DNA from: an uncultured Nitrospiraceae bacterium
GTDB lineage: Bacteria > Nitrospirota > Thermodesulfovibrionia > Thermodesulfovibrionales > SM23-35
Assembly: GCA_963727775.1 (NCBI GenBank)
Contig: CAVSHB010000002.1
Coordinates: 480,001-544,000 of the forward strand
Direction: 5' to 3'
DNA length: 64,000 bases
Part shown: positions 29,327 to 39,705 of the stretch, in pieces
Layout of the letters: each line of letters begins with the position of its first letter
Numbering within the stretch: the stretch's first letter is position 1
Translations under genes and position numbers: made by a program
Notes under the pieces: generated by a model
The model's input: the letters and a program-made list of their open reading frames with translations, nothing else
The model's database searches: none
What the model was told of the DNA's origin: nothing

Positions 29327-32122
29327 ATGAACAAGAATACCCACTGTATCTTCCTCTTACCTCTCTTGATCCTTATTTTTTTTTGTGATATTCTCTTTTT
29401 CGGCAAGACCCTCTCGACCGCTTCTCTTCTTCCCGGCGCAACACCGTCCGGCCCTTATGGTTTCTCAGGCCAGCGGCCCGAAATGCCCTTTTCCTTTGAC
29501 GTAGGCGGGAATGCATGGGTCAATGAGCCAAACCCGTACATTATAAGGCGCCTTCTTAATGAGGGCGGTGAATTGCCTTTCTGGAACCCCCATGAAGGCT
29601 TAGGCATGCCTCTTATCGCGAACATGAACAACGAGGTCCTGAACCCTCTGAAATTAGCTCTGAATTTATCTCCAGGTCCCTTTTCACAGGACATATTCTT
29701 TCTCCTGAGGCTGCTTGTCATGGGCATCTTCACCTATCTCTTTCTGAGGGAGCTGAAGCTCTCTCCGGCGTCCTGTCTCCTTGGGTCTTCTTCTTTCATG
29801 TTGTCCGGATACTCCGTCTGGTGGATAAATCTCCATCCGCTGAGCACTGTAATGTATCTGCCCGCGGTTTTTTATTTCTACGAGAGATGGGGCAATCGAA
29901 AGGACCTTAAGAGTCCCTTTCTTATGTCGCTGTTTCTCTGCTTTGCCTTTGTTGCAGGGAAGATACCCGATGTGATTATGGGCCTCTCTCTTCTTTTCAG
30001 CTATGCTCTGTGGAAGGGCATCATGGAACCTTCTCGTAAAAGGTTTTACCGGGAGGGAGGGAAGGTGCTCTTCGTCGCGCTCTCAGGCGCGCTCATGGCA
30101 GCCGTCGCTCTGATTCCTTTTATTGAACTCCATTCTCATGCCTCACCTTTGGCCAAGGCCATAAGGACAGGAGCGGCCGGCCACACAATCCCTTTTATTA
30201 CATCTGTATCTCTTTTCCAGCCCCTCTTTCTCGGCTGGAAGAACTATTTTTACGGTTCATGGCTCAGGTGGACCCCTGATGTGATCCTGCCCTATGCAAC
30301 TACAGTGATACTGTTATTGACCTTTTACGCGGTTCTCAACCGCACTATCTTAACAAGAACCTTTCCCTATTTCGTATTCTCAATATTTCTATTTTCCATA
30401 GTGTATGGTCTCTTACCATCCCATATTATGGTGCGATTGCCCGTTTTCAGAAGCATAGAATTTCTAAAATACAACGGTATGCTCTATTTTTCCCTATCTG
30501 TAATGTCCGCCCATTCTTTTGATAACCTCTTATCTGCCGAGGGAAACAAGAAGAGATTCCTTATCTCAATTGCGGTGGTCTCCTTATTAATCCTTGCATA
30601 TTTCTCCTTTCTGTACCGGCTGAGTCCCTCGCATATGAGCAGTTACATGATTACTATTCTTCTTTTCTCACTTGCAGGATTGTTTATCATAGGTCTGGTC
30701 TTCCACTTCTTTGAGAGCAAACAAATATTCGGGATAGCGATCTTTCTGTTTCTCATGGGCGAGCTTTTCCTATACATGCCGAAGGAGCACCCGGACAGGA
30801 CCGATCCTTACAGGAAGCCGCCTTACCTTGATCTCATTAAGGGGAGAGAGCCTTATCGGATTACCGGCGATGGAAGCTCTCTGCCTCCTCTTGTGAGCGG
30901 CGCCTTTGGTTTATATGATGCAAGGGGTATCAGTGTCTTGATGCAGGGGGATTATTATTATTTCTTTGAGAACCTTTTGGGGTTCAGCCTTCCCGGCACA
31001 AACAACCCTGATCCGCTCTTCACTGCTACGTCTCCCTTTATAGACCTTGCGGGCGTGAAGTACATAATGAGCCGTGAGCCTTTGGAGCGATCGAAGATCG
31101 AGGAGAAGGTAAGATCGCATATAGGCTCCTTGAGGCTGGTTCGCCTCTTTGAGGCAATGATGAATCATGCGATTAAAGGGGAAGCGACCTATGGGTCCTT
31201 TGATCCGGGCGGCGACATGAGGTTTTCCATCTTTTTCCCGATGACGTTTGCATTTGAAACAAAACTCAGGATATCGGAACCTTTTATTGTTGCAGGATTT
31301 ACGTTGACGGACGTCCCGAAAGGCGCAACCGCTAGGGTCAGAATAACGATGAAAAACAGGGTTGAAGAATTGATTGTCAGGGAAGGCGATTGGAAAGACC
31401 AATGGCTGGATGTCTCCAATTATTCAGGAAAGGTCATTACTATTAGAATTGAGGGAACGAGTTTCGGCAACGGAAGGATAGTGTTGGGGAATTTCGGTCT
31501 TTCACCGGGATATGAAAGAGAGAGAATTCTCTATAACAATCTCCTGACACTTCACAAAAAGGAGTTGGATTTCCTAAAATACAAAGGAGCATATGAAGGT
31601 ATCCATATATACGAGAATACCAATGTTATGGACAGGGCCTTTGTTCTGCATAGGGCAAGATTGGTGAGAAATCTCGATGAAGCGATAAAAGAGCTCCAGG
31701 AGGGGGCCGACTTCAGGGAGATGGGTCTCGTATCTGATATTGCGCCCGAAATCTCAAGAATGGCGCCCGACCTATTTACGGAGGAAAAGAGTAACGGAGG
31801 CGCTCCTGTGGCCGACGATAAAATCATAATGAAAAAATATACCGCTGATGAGGTGGCGATGGAAGTGGAATCGAGGGGCGGACTCCTTGTCCTGAGCGAC
31901 CTCTATTACCCTGGATGGAAGGTGAAGGTGAATGGGCAACAGGAAACGATTGTGAGCGCATTCGGTCTCTTTAAAGGGGTCTTTATTAAAGGGGGGAGGA
32001 GTGAGGTCTTGTTTTATTATCGCCCCATTAGTATTTATGTAGGTTCTATTATTTCTGCGGCAACCTTTATTGCCTGGTTTGGTTTTTTTATGATTTCGAG
32101 GAGAAAGGCTAAACTCCGCTAA
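29327..32122 (+). CDS. YfhO-family GT-C-like membrane protein
   Basis: PFWNPHEGLGMP, multiple TM helices, C-terminal LVLSDLYYPGWKVKVNG...F.YRP. ATG at 29327. Confidence 0.85.
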   Translation: MNKNTHCIFLLPLLILIFFCDILFFGKTLSTASLLPGATPSGPYGFSGQRPEMPFSFDVGGNAWVNEPNPYIIRRLLNEGGELPFWNPHEGLGMPLIANMNNEVLNPLKLALNLSPGPFSQDIFFLLRLLVMGIFTYLFLRELKLSPASCLLGSSSFMLSGYSVWWINLHPLSTVMYLPAVFYFYERWGNRKDLKSPFLMSLFLCFAFVAGKIPDVIMGLSLLFSYALWKGIMEPSRKRFYREGGKVLFVALSGALMAAVALIPFIELHSHASPLAKAIRTGAAGHTIPFITSVSLFQPLFLGWKNYFYGSWLRWTPDVILPYATTVILLLTFYAVLNRTILTRTFPYFVFSIFLFSIVYGLLPSHIMVRLPVFRSIEFLKYNGMLYFSLSVMSAHSFDNLLSAEGNKKRFLISIAVVSLLILAYFSFLYRLSPSHMSSYMITILLFSLAGLFIIGLVFHFFESKQIFGIAIFLFLMGELFLYMPKEHPDRTDPYRKPPYLDLIKGREPYRITGDGSSLPPLVSGAFGLYDARGISVLMQGDYYYFFENLLGFSLPGTNNPDPLFTATSPFIDLAGVKYIMSREPLERSKIEEKVRSHIGSLRLVRLFEAMMNHAIKGEATYGSFDPGGDMRFSIFFPMTFAFETKLRISEPFIVAGFTLTDVPKGATARVRITMKNRVEELIVREGDWKDQWLDVSNYSGKVITIRIEGTSFGNGRIVLGNFGLSPGYERERILYNNLLTLHKKELDFLKYKGAYEGIHIYENTNVMDRAFVLHRARLVRNLDEAIKELQEGADFREMGLVSDIAPEISRMAPDLFTEEKSNGGAPVADDKIIMKKYTADEVAMEVESRGGLLVLSDLYYPGWKVKVNGQQETIVSAFGLFKGVFIKGGRSEVLFYYRPISIYVGSIISAATFIAWFGFFMISRRKAKLR

Positions 32123-32155
32123 TACCAGGATGGGCGGTCTCTGTATGAAATTGGA

Positions 32156-33277
32156 TTGAATGAAATAGGGATGAAGGAAAAAGAAGGACACAGAAAGATG
32201 TCGGATGATTCGAGGAGATTCCTGAATGTCTTTATGGACCAGAACAACAAGTGTAATCTGAGATGCATAATGTGCGGATTCAGTGATCCCAGGGTGAGAA
32301 GGGTGCGCAAATATGACATGCCCTTTTGGCTTTTTGAAAAGATTGCAAGGGAGGTTTTTCCTTCTGCGAAATACCTTGCGCTTTCATGTCTTACCGAACC
32401 CCTCATGACCAGGGATTTCCCTCAGCGACTGGACCTGTTGAAGACATATACTGTCCCGTTTACTGAAATAATAACGAACGGTACATTGCTCACTGGATCC
32501 GTCATAGCGAAGATGATCGATGCGCGTATTTCGAGGGTCGCAATATCATTGGACGGCGCCACTCCTATTATCTATGAATCTATTCGTCATGGGGCTAAGT
32601 TTGATAAGGTGATCAATAATATCAGAATGTTGAATTCAATAAAGAAGGAGAAGAAATCGGACTTGCCCGGCCTTCGCATTAACCATGTGCTATCGGATTT
32701 GAACATAGATGGATTTGACTTATTTCTCGACCTGGCGGAATCTCTCGAAGTCCATGCAATAGATGTGCGCACGATATCGCCGTTTCGGAATGTCAAGTAT
32801 CGGAAAAAGGAAAATAAATCATTTTTCCAAAAAATAGAGCGCATCAGGGAGAAATTGCGGTACTGGACGCAAAAAAACGGGGTCGAAGATGTGGGATATT
32901 TGAGACCCCGGGCTGAAGAGATCCAGTTGAAAGACGAAGCAGGCGAAAAGGTGACGTGCCGGCGTCCGTGGGATACTGTGGCTATCCATCCTAATGGAGA
33001 TGTATTTCCATGCGTAACGTGGTCCCGACAGGGGGGAGGCAATATATCCGAAAAGAGTTTTGAAGAGATATGGAATAGCTCTGCCTTTGGCGCGATACGA
33101 AGAGAGTTCGAAGAACGAAAACCCGGAATCGACTGTTTATATTGCACAATAAGGGAAAAAGACGGTGAGAGCGAAGACGATTGTTTCTTCACTATGTTAA
33201 ACAAACGCCCGCCCAAACGGCCCATACGTGAATCTCTCGCCGAATTAATCAGGGGAATGCTTCGAGCGCATAGATAA
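32156..33277 (+). CDS. Radical SAM protein with SPASM/twitch domain
   Basis: CNLRCIMC; CRRPW...GDVFPC...GNI...EEIWNS...CLYC. True start probably a downstream ATG. Confidence 0.9.
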   Translation: MNEIGMKEKEGHRKMSDDSRRFLNVFMDQNNKCNLRCIMCGFSDPRVRRVRKYDMPFWLFEKIAREVFPSAKYLALSCLTEPLMTRDFPQRLDLLKTYTVPFTEIITNGTLLTGSVIAKMIDARISRVAISLDGATPIIYESIRHGAKFDKVINNIRMLNSIKKEKKSDLPGLRINHVLSDLNIDGFDLFLDLAESLEVHAIDVRTISPFRNVKYRKKENKSFFQKIERIREKLRYWTQKNGVEDVGYLRPRAEEIQLKDEAGEKVTCRRPWDTVAIHPNGDVFPCVTWSRQGGGNISEKSFEEIWNSSAFGAIRREFEERKPGIDCLYCTIREKDGESEDDCFFTMLNKRPPKRPIRESLAELIRGMLRAHR

Positions 33278-33312
33278 GCGAATAGAATTTAGTATTCACG
33301 GAGATAGCAAAA

Positions 33313-33468
33313 ATGGCGACGATAAGGGAGCTGCGCAGATTACAATACTATTTTATCGATTTACCCTTGTGGACATATGGATACAGAAGCCATGCGATAG
33401 AACGACGCCGGAAGCTGTTTAACCCCGCCGAGCATTTGAGCGAACCTTTAGATCCGGTCCTAAAATGA
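33313..33468 (+). CDS. 51-aa small ORF (not in the ORF track)
   Basis: MATIRELRRLQYYFIDLPLWTYGYRSHAIERRRKLFNPAEHLSEPLDPVLK; upstream GGAG; ATGA overlap with the next gene. Confidence 0.4.
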   Translation: MATIRELRRLQYYFIDLPLWTYGYRSHAIERRRKLFNPAEHLSEPLDPVLK

Positions 33469-34538
33469 TCTCGGTTGTGATCGTAAATTACCATTCTGTA
33501 AGACAGACAGAAAGGGCCATTAAGTCCCTTTTGCAGGGCGGGGTGGAAAGAGAAATCATCGTTGTCGATAACAGCTGCACAACCGGCGAGAGGGAAGTTC
33601 TTGATGAGATGCGGAGGTCGTACGGATTCAGTCTTATCTGCAACGACGAGAATCTTGGGTTTGCGAGAGCATGCAATCAGGCATATGCCCGCTCGCGGGG
33701 AAAGTATATCTTTCTCCTGAATCCGGATGCATTTGTCATACCCTCTTGCCTTGGCATATTGAGAGACTTCCTTGAGAATACGCCGACTGCCGGCTCGGCA
33801 TCTCCCCAAGTTTACTGGGATGACGAAATGCGATACTTTTTCCCCCATTACACTCTTCCGTCCCCGTCAATGGATCTTTGCGTGCGGCTGTCGTCCCTCT
33901 CCCGGATGTTCAGGACCATTTATTCGCTCTCCGAAAGACGGAGGAACCTTGAACTCTGGAAATCTTCAATTCCTGTTAGGGTAAAAAATCTCCATGGCGG
34001 AGTTGTCATGGTAAGAAGGGTTGCGACGGAACAATCCGGTGGACTCTTTGATGAGAGGTTTTTCTTGTTCTATGAAGATACCGATCTTTTTTTCCGACTG
34101 AGAAAGAGAGGGTACAGCCTTTACACTGTTCCTGAAGCAAAGGCGGTGCACAATTACAGCCACAGCGGGAAGAAGCTGGAGATCATGTCCCGTACGGCAC
34201 GTCTTTACTATGAAAAACATTTCAGCAGAAGCCTTCTTTTGAGGATCATGTCTTTCTTCCCCGAGGGGTCTCCTGAAGGCCCATGTCACGATTATGGGAT
34301 ATGGAATACCCCGCCGACATTCCCTGTCCCCAAAGCATTCCAGGACGGGTATCTCTTCGAGTGGAGCCCCAACCCATTATTTGTCCCTTCAATCGGCTGC
34401 TTCGGCAAAGGGGGAGAATTTACCCTTTCACGGCAGGTCTGGGATCTGCTTGATGACGGCAGGTATTTCAGTCGCTTTTCGCCTCCATCAAAGAGGATTG
34501 GGAAATATATAACAGGCTATTTGGAGAAGAGAGTATGA
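33465..34538 (+). CDS. GT2 glycosyltransferase (WbbL-like)
   Basis: SVVIVNY, VVDNS, NLGFARACNQ, LLNPD, FDERFFLFYEDTDL. Confidence 0.9.
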   Translation: MISVVIVNYHSVRQTERAIKSLLQGGVEREIIVVDNSCTTGEREVLDEMRRSYGFSLICNDENLGFARACNQAYARSRGKYIFLLNPDAFVIPSCLGILRDFLENTPTAGSASPQVYWDDEMRYFFPHYTLPSPSMDLCVRLSSLSRMFRTIYSLSERRRNLELWKSSIPVRVKNLHGGVVMVRRVATEQSGGLFDERFFLFYEDTDLFFRLRKRGYSLYTVPEAKAVHNYSHSGKKLEIMSRTARLYYEKHFSRSLLLRIMSFFPEGSPEGPCHDYGIWNTPPTFPVPKAFQDGYLFEWSPNPLFVPSIGCFGKGGEFTLSRQVWDLLDDGRYFSRFSPPSKRIGKYITGYLEKRV

Positions 34539-35545
34539 ATTTCACTATTCGGAACTACCATCCCGGAGATGAAGATAAGATCATTGCAATGTTCAATGAG
34601 GTCTTCGGACAGAAGCGCGATCTCGCGTACTGGTACTGGAAATATAGAGACAATCCGTACGGATCTTACCGGATCAGCCTTGCTGTCTCGGAAGACGGTA
34701 AGCTCGGAGCCCACGGCGCCGGTTACCCAGTGAAGATTTATTCCTTTGTTCCCTCTGAAAAGCCTATGGAGATGAATACGTATCAGCTCGGCGACAAAAT
34801 GACGAGGAAAGCGTATCGGTCCGTTGGATTTGGGAAAAGCGCGTTAATCGCGCGTGTCTACGCTCAGTTCAGGGAATCATATGTGAATGATACTGTTCCT
34901 TTCTGTTATGCGTTCGTAGCGCATCATAGTTTGCGCTTTGGTTTGAAGGTCCTGCAGTATATGGATATGGAGCCTGTTCCCTACAGAAAAATCTCTCTCA
35001 GCCATTTGAAGAAATCGACCGGAGGCTGGCTAAAAAGAATCTTCTCACCGGCAAGAGTTATGGAGGCGTCCTCGATAGGAGCTCACTGGACGGATTTCTT
35101 CTATTCCGTTGCAGCCGACTACCAATGTCTTGTCAAGAGAGATGCTCCTTATCTTACCTGGCGGTATCTCGATAGGCCTGACAGGAAGTATCTTATTCTT
35201 TCGGTCAAGATAGGGTCTGCGCTTACGGGATGGGCAGTGTTTTTCAGAGAAGGCAAAAAACTGATTTGGGGAGATGCGCTCTTTAGGAAAGGAGATTCAG
35301 GATCCGTCAAAGCCATCCTTAACCACGTCTCCACTCATAAGGCTGCTCGCGGCGCAGATACTGTTGAATGCTGGTTTCCTCCGAGACCTCACTGGTGGGA
35401 TGGCATACTGGAAGAACTTGGTTTTAATAAAGAAGTTGAACCTAACAACATCCATTTCACCGTTCCCATGTATCATGATTCGCGGTCAGTTGAGATGATT
35501 AGAAAATATTTTTATTACACGGTCGGGGACAGCGACCTTTTTTAA
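34535..35545 (+). CDS. GNAT-family acyltransferase
   Basis: IRNY.PGDE..I..MFNEVF...YWYWKY..NP; KRD..YL.WRY..RP; GDSDLF C-terminus. Confidence 0.75.
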   Translation: MNFTIRNYHPGDEDKIIAMFNEVFGQKRDLAYWYWKYRDNPYGSYRISLAVSEDGKLGAHGAGYPVKIYSFVPSEKPMEMNTYQLGDKMTRKAYRSVGFGKSALIARVYAQFRESYVNDTVPFCYAFVAHHSLRFGLKVLQYMDMEPVPYRKISLSHLKKSTGGWLKRIFSPARVMEASSIGAHWTDFFYSVAADYQCLVKRDAPYLTWRYLDRPDRKYLILSVKIGSALTGWAVFFREGKKLIWGDALFRKGDSGSVKAILNHVSTHKAARGADTVECWFPPRPHWWDGILEELGFNKEVEPNNIHFTVPMYHDSRSVEMIRKYFYYTVGDSDLF

Positions 35546-35568
35546 TAAGGAAGATCGTTGAGAAGTTC

Positions 35569-37218
35569 TTAATCCTCATAATGACTGAACTCTATTTTCT
35601 GATTGCCGGGAATCTTCAGGACGAATTCGGGAGAGGTGACAGCCTCTCCTCTCTGTGAATGATAGAAGATTTTGATATAGACTATATCCGGCTCATCTTG
35701 ATTCACTTTGCCCAGCATAATCGAACCGTTAGGTCTCAGCACTGATTGATTATAATAAAGACCGCTCACTGGTCCGCGCAATACGGTATACAAAATGTGT
35801 TTGTCGGGGCCAAAATCCCAGGCGAGTTTATAGTCATCAACGATTATTCTGACCGAAAAAGGGCCTTGTTTAAACTTCTCCTGGGACGCCCGTATTTCTT
35901 TGTAGGGAATGTCAATGCCCGATTCTCTTATCTCTTTTAATTTTTCGGGAGCAGCATAATTAAGAAAGTTTGCCGGAGGGACAATGCGAGTTCTTATTTC
36001 CTTCCCGAAGAATTCGCGGTTTATCTTTTGAAGACTTTCATAAAACCAGAGTGGCTGTTCAGCACACATATATTTTTTCTCCGAAGCGACAAAGACAGCC
36101 CCTGTTTCTTTTGCTGCAAGTCTCTCGCTATGAATGGCGGACAAGAGCCGCGAATCCTGCCTGATGAATATCGCAAGAATAATGAGGTATGTCAAGAAAA
36201 GAGCGCCTTTGCATACCTTCATGTCCTTAACGGCCGGCAGCTCCATAAGAACGCAGACAGCGCAAATCAGGAAGACAGCTATGTGGAAAAAGTATCTACC
36301 GCTATAATAAGATTCATCCATTATGTTTGTGACCGGCAGTATAGGAAGGCTGAGAATTAGGAAGATGAGGAGCATTCTTCTGTACTTAAGAGAAAGGACA
36401 AAAGCGATGAAGAGGAAAACGTACAAGAAGATATAATAATCTCCAAACCAATGCGAAGAGAAGAAGCTGATCACCTTATAGAAAAGCGGCAACATTACGC
36501 TGAGATTAATGGACTCATTGCTCGGATAGCCCCCGATACCACCCATAATCCATACCCTCCAAGCCGTATAAAGCGCTAAGCCGAGCCAGAAGGGAAGGGT
36601 GTATTTAAGGCGTTTCAACATAGCCCCTGTTGAAAGCAGAATAGCGACCGCAGGAAGCACTACATAGACCTCCTTATTCAATGAGGCAAGGATATAGCAA
36701 ATGCCTGAAGCAACCGAAATCCTTTTCTTTCGCTCTCCCGTGACAAAAAAGGTGAGGCCGAGTAACGCCCAGAAAAGGCCTTCAAGGTAATGACGTGTAG
36801 AAAACCAGCTTGTAATGGTAAGGGTAATCGGGCTCAACAAGAAAAGCAAGACGCCGAAGAGCGCCGGGTTCCTCTGCACATAAAGCCTCAGGAAAAAATA
36901 CAATGCCACCGATGCTGCGACTAAAGAGAGCAGGCTGTGAATCGAATATCCGGTTGGATTTATTTTGAAAAGCATCCAGTCGATTCTGAAAGAAGCGCCG
37001 AGCATCGGTGTGAAATTGCTCGCCATTGACCTGTATCCCTCGGGGACGAAGAATATTTCCGTGAATCGGTGTGTCGCAGACGACCAAATCCATTGGATAT
37101 CGTCGGAGAAAAACCAGTTTTTCGTAAGCGGAAAGTAGAAAAGCATCAGAGTGACGGAAATCGCAATAAACAACATCGCTCTGACAAGTATTTCTCTTCT
37201 GGAAATTATTGGATCCAT
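35569..37218 (-). CDS. Polytopic membrane protein, GT-C-like
   Basis: FFSDD motif after the first TM, LASLNKE, many TM helices. Confidence 0.65.
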   Translation of the reverse strand: MDPIISRREILVRAMLFIAISVTLMLFYFPLTKNWFFSDDIQWIWSSATHRFTEIFFVPEGYRSMASNFTPMLGASFRIDWMLFKINPTGYSIHSLLSLVAASVALYFFLRLYVQRNPALFGVLLFLLSPITLTITSWFSTRHYLEGLFWALLGLTFFVTGERKKRISVASGICYILASLNKEVYVVLPAVAILLSTGAMLKRLKYTLPFWLGLALYTAWRVWIMGGIGGYPSNESINLSVMLPLFYKVISFFSSHWFGDYYIFLYVFLFIAFVLSLKYRRMLLIFLILSLPILPVTNIMDESYYSGRYFFHIAVFLICAVCVLMELPAVKDMKVCKGALFLTYLIILAIFIRQDSRLLSAIHSERLAAKETGAVFVASEKKYMCAEQPLWFYESLQKINREFFGKEIRTRIVPPANFLNYAAPEKLKEIRESGIDIPYKEIRASQEKFKQGPFSVRIIVDDYKLAWDFGPDKHILYTVLRGPVSGLYYNQSVLRPNGSIMLGKVNQDEPDIVYIKIFYHSQRGEAVTSPEFVLKIPGNQKIEFSHYED

Positions 37219-37256
37219 GTTATTGTTATACTGTAAGAACCGCCGGGAAGGATTTT

Positions 37257-37403
37257 CTATTCAAAGTCCCATCTTTTATAAATCTGATAATAGGTGTCGA
37301 TACTTTTCACCTTCTCATAGTTAGCCGACAGTTGGTTATCGAGGACAGTCTTGAAGTTTTCAAGGTGCTTCGGCCTGAGAAGCCTTTCAGTCTTATTCTT
37401 CAT
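37257..37403 (-). pseudogene. 48-aa ORF, probable C-terminal remnant of a deleted gene
   Basis: MKNKTERLLRPKHLENFKTVLDNQLSANYEKVKSIDTYYQIYKRWDFE; ATGA-coupled to the GT4 stop. Confidence 0.35.
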
Positions 37404-38449
37404 GCGCTCGAAGGTGTAGCGCCAGATTTAATCTTTTCGCAGGCGGCGATAAGTCTCTTCCCCACGTTCTCTTTAGTAAATTTTCCGGCAACCTCCAATC
37501 CCCGCCGCGCAAGTCTCTCTCGCAAGGGCCTGTTTCGCATTAGTTCGCCGATCGCCTCGGCGAGGGCGTCACTATCAGAAGGCTCGACGAACAGAGCGTA
37601 GTCCTGGGGCTCGTCAAAGGAAGTGTGGGAGGATATCCTGCTCAGTATGGTTGGTACTCTACAGCCTATCGCTTCCAGAGCAGGCAATCCAAACCCTTCT
37701 TCCTCTTTTGACATCGAGACGAGGATATCTGCATTCCTGTAAATTTCACCCATGGCAAGATACGGCACGTGGAAATGATATACGCTAGGTTTTATGATCT
37801 TTATTTCGTCATCCGAAAGGGGGAATTGAGAGACCCTTATGAGGTTGAGCGGAATGGAAAGACGAAGTCTGGCTATCGAGATCCCCTTGAGAGTTGTTCG
37901 GATATTTTTTACATCAGCCTCAAATGGGCCTATTACCAATACATTCGGGACATCGGGGTCACTGGGGGGACGTTTTTCTTTCGGTGGGTAAAAGATATCC
38001 CTGTTCACCATCTGGCCTACGTAATAGGTCTCTGCAGTGAATCTCTCCACAAGGAATTTGTTTATATGGGGTGAGACCGTGAGTTTTGGGATTCTATAGG
38101 AGTAGACTTCATCTATGGCTGCTTTAAAAGGGTGCAACTCTTTAAAAGCTCCTTCATATCCCTGGCACAGATGAATCACTATCCCCTTTTTCGCCTCATG
38201 GGCAGCCTTTACCGTCGGCCAGTAAGTTCCAACAACGATGTCGGATTCGGGTATAGTGGAAGCATCGAAATGAGGTACTTGTTTAACCCGTATTCTGAGG
38301 GGATACCAAGTCGGCCCTTTATCTTTTGAGAGAATGAGCACTTCGTAGCCCGCGTCGGAGAGGAGTTCGGCCTGTTCAAGGGCAACCTTGGTGCCGCCCC
38401 ATAGTTCGGTACTTTCAAGGAGATACGTTATCCTCAGCGGCGAGGACAT
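37400..38449 (-). CDS. GT4 glycosyltransferase
   Basis: WGGTKV, VGTYWPT, EGFGLPALEA. Confidence 0.9.
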   Translation of the reverse strand: MSSPLRITYLLESTELWGGTKVALEQAELLSDAGYEVLILSKDKGPTWYPLRIRVKQVPHFDASTIPESDIVVGTYWPTVKAAHEAKKGIVIHLCQGYEGAFKELHPFKAAIDEVYSYRIPKLTVSPHINKFLVERFTAETYYVGQMVNRDIFYPPKEKRPPSDPDVPNVLVIGPFEADVKNIRTTLKGISIARLRLSIPLNLIRVSQFPLSDDEIKIIKPSVYHFHVPYLAMGEIYRNADILVSMSKEEEGFGLPALEAIGCRVPTILSRISSHTSFDEPQDYALFVEPSDSDALAEAIGELMRNRPLRERLARRGLEVAGKFTKENVGKRLIAACEKIKSGATPSSA

Positions 38450-39636
38450 CAGAACGGTTTCATCTGTTTGGCGACGACGTAATAGCCGTGGTAGAAAATA
38501 TCCTCGCTGATGTTTTCCAATCTTATGTATTTCTTCAGCATAGTCGATACCTGCTCTTTGAGGTGCAATGGAAAATCCTGAGGCCTCATTTCCTCTATAA
38601 AATATCCACTTTTAGTAAACATGTTCTCTATGGATGCCCTCGTAAAGAATCTTATGTGAGAGATGCATAGAAGTCCGAAGGGCACGTAATCCCATCTTCC
38701 TCTGAGGAGATCCAGGATTATCGAATAATGTCCGGTATTCGGAATAGAGGCAATTACAATTCCATCGGGCTTGAGCCATTTTCGGGCATTTTTCAGAACG
38801 CGCCAAGGGTCAAACAGATGTTCTATTATGTCGGCAAATATGATGACGTCCAGGTCTCCGTCAAACGGGAGGTCTGACTTCTCTATATCGACGCAGAAGA
38901 CTTTGTCGAGCTTTTCCATAGCAATCCGGGCCGCGTTCTTGTTGATTTCTGCACCGAAAACTTTGCACCCTCGCTCCTTCTTGATTAATTCTCCCGTTAG
39001 CCCTTTTGCGCAGCCGACATCAAGGACTTTTCCTATGCCATGCGGAATTAAAGGTAAGATGTCATCTCTTCGGAATGCGAAGTAGTCGCCGAATCTGTGC
39101 ACGAGGGATGAAGGCACAAGGGCGCTTTTCAAAAGAACGGGGATTTCGTCAAGCTTAGCTTCAAGCGGGAGCTTGAGAAGACTTTCAGTGCGCAGTACGT
39201 AAGCCAGGGGAGGGATCTTGGAATTGCGCACATAGGAGCCCGCATGTTTTTCCATCATCAGGGCCGCCACGTCGTTGAAGGTCAGGGGAGAAAAATACGG
39301 CATGTCCACTTCAAAGACGTCGCCGCAGACAGGCGAAACGAGCTCAAACTCTCTCTCCAAAGCCTCTTTTAAAGGTTTCAGCCAGTTTTCTGAGTAACAA
39401 ACCGTGTCATTCAGGGAAATGGCGACAAGAGGAGAATCGGACTTCTCCAGGATCTTCTTAATGGTTGTGTTTCCGGGTTTTTCTGAGACAATGGTTATGG
39501 GAGAATGATCGGGACAGAACGTCTCCCTTGACACCTTTTTGAGCAGTACCTCTTCCATTGAGGTCTCGGCGAGCGGCTTTTCCAAATAAATAAAGGTGAC
39601 CTCATCCCCTGCTGATCTCGTCATAATGTCAGACAA
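38449..39636 (-). CDS. Class I SAM methyltransferase with degenerate GT2-like N-terminus
   Basis: VLDVGCAKG, DVIIFADIIEHLFDP, LKPDG...SIPN, HIRFFT. Confidence 0.85.
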   Translation of the reverse strand: MSDIMTRSAGDEVTFIYLEKPLAETSMEEVLLKKVSRETFCPDHSPITIVSEKPGNTTIKKILEKSDSPLVAISLNDTVCYSENWLKPLKEALEREFELVSPVCGDVFEVDMPYFSPLTFNDVAALMMEKHAGSYVRNSKIPPLAYVLRTESLLKLPLEAKLDEIPVLLKSALVPSSLVHRFGDYFAFRRDDILPLIPHGIGKVLDVGCAKGLTGELIKKERGCKVFGAEINKNAARIAMEKLDKVFCVDIEKSDLPFDGDLDVIIFADIIEHLFDPWRVLKNARKWLKPDGIVIASIPNTGHYSIILDLLRGRWDYVPFGLLCISHIRFFTRASIENMFTKSGYFIEEMRPQDFPLHLKEQVSTMLKKYIRLENISEDIFYHGYYVVAKQMKPF

Positions 39637-39705
39637 ATATTTTCTTATCCGTTATTCCAGACAGACAAACTCATGATTGCGCATATTTTTTAGTATATCA
39701 CATGA

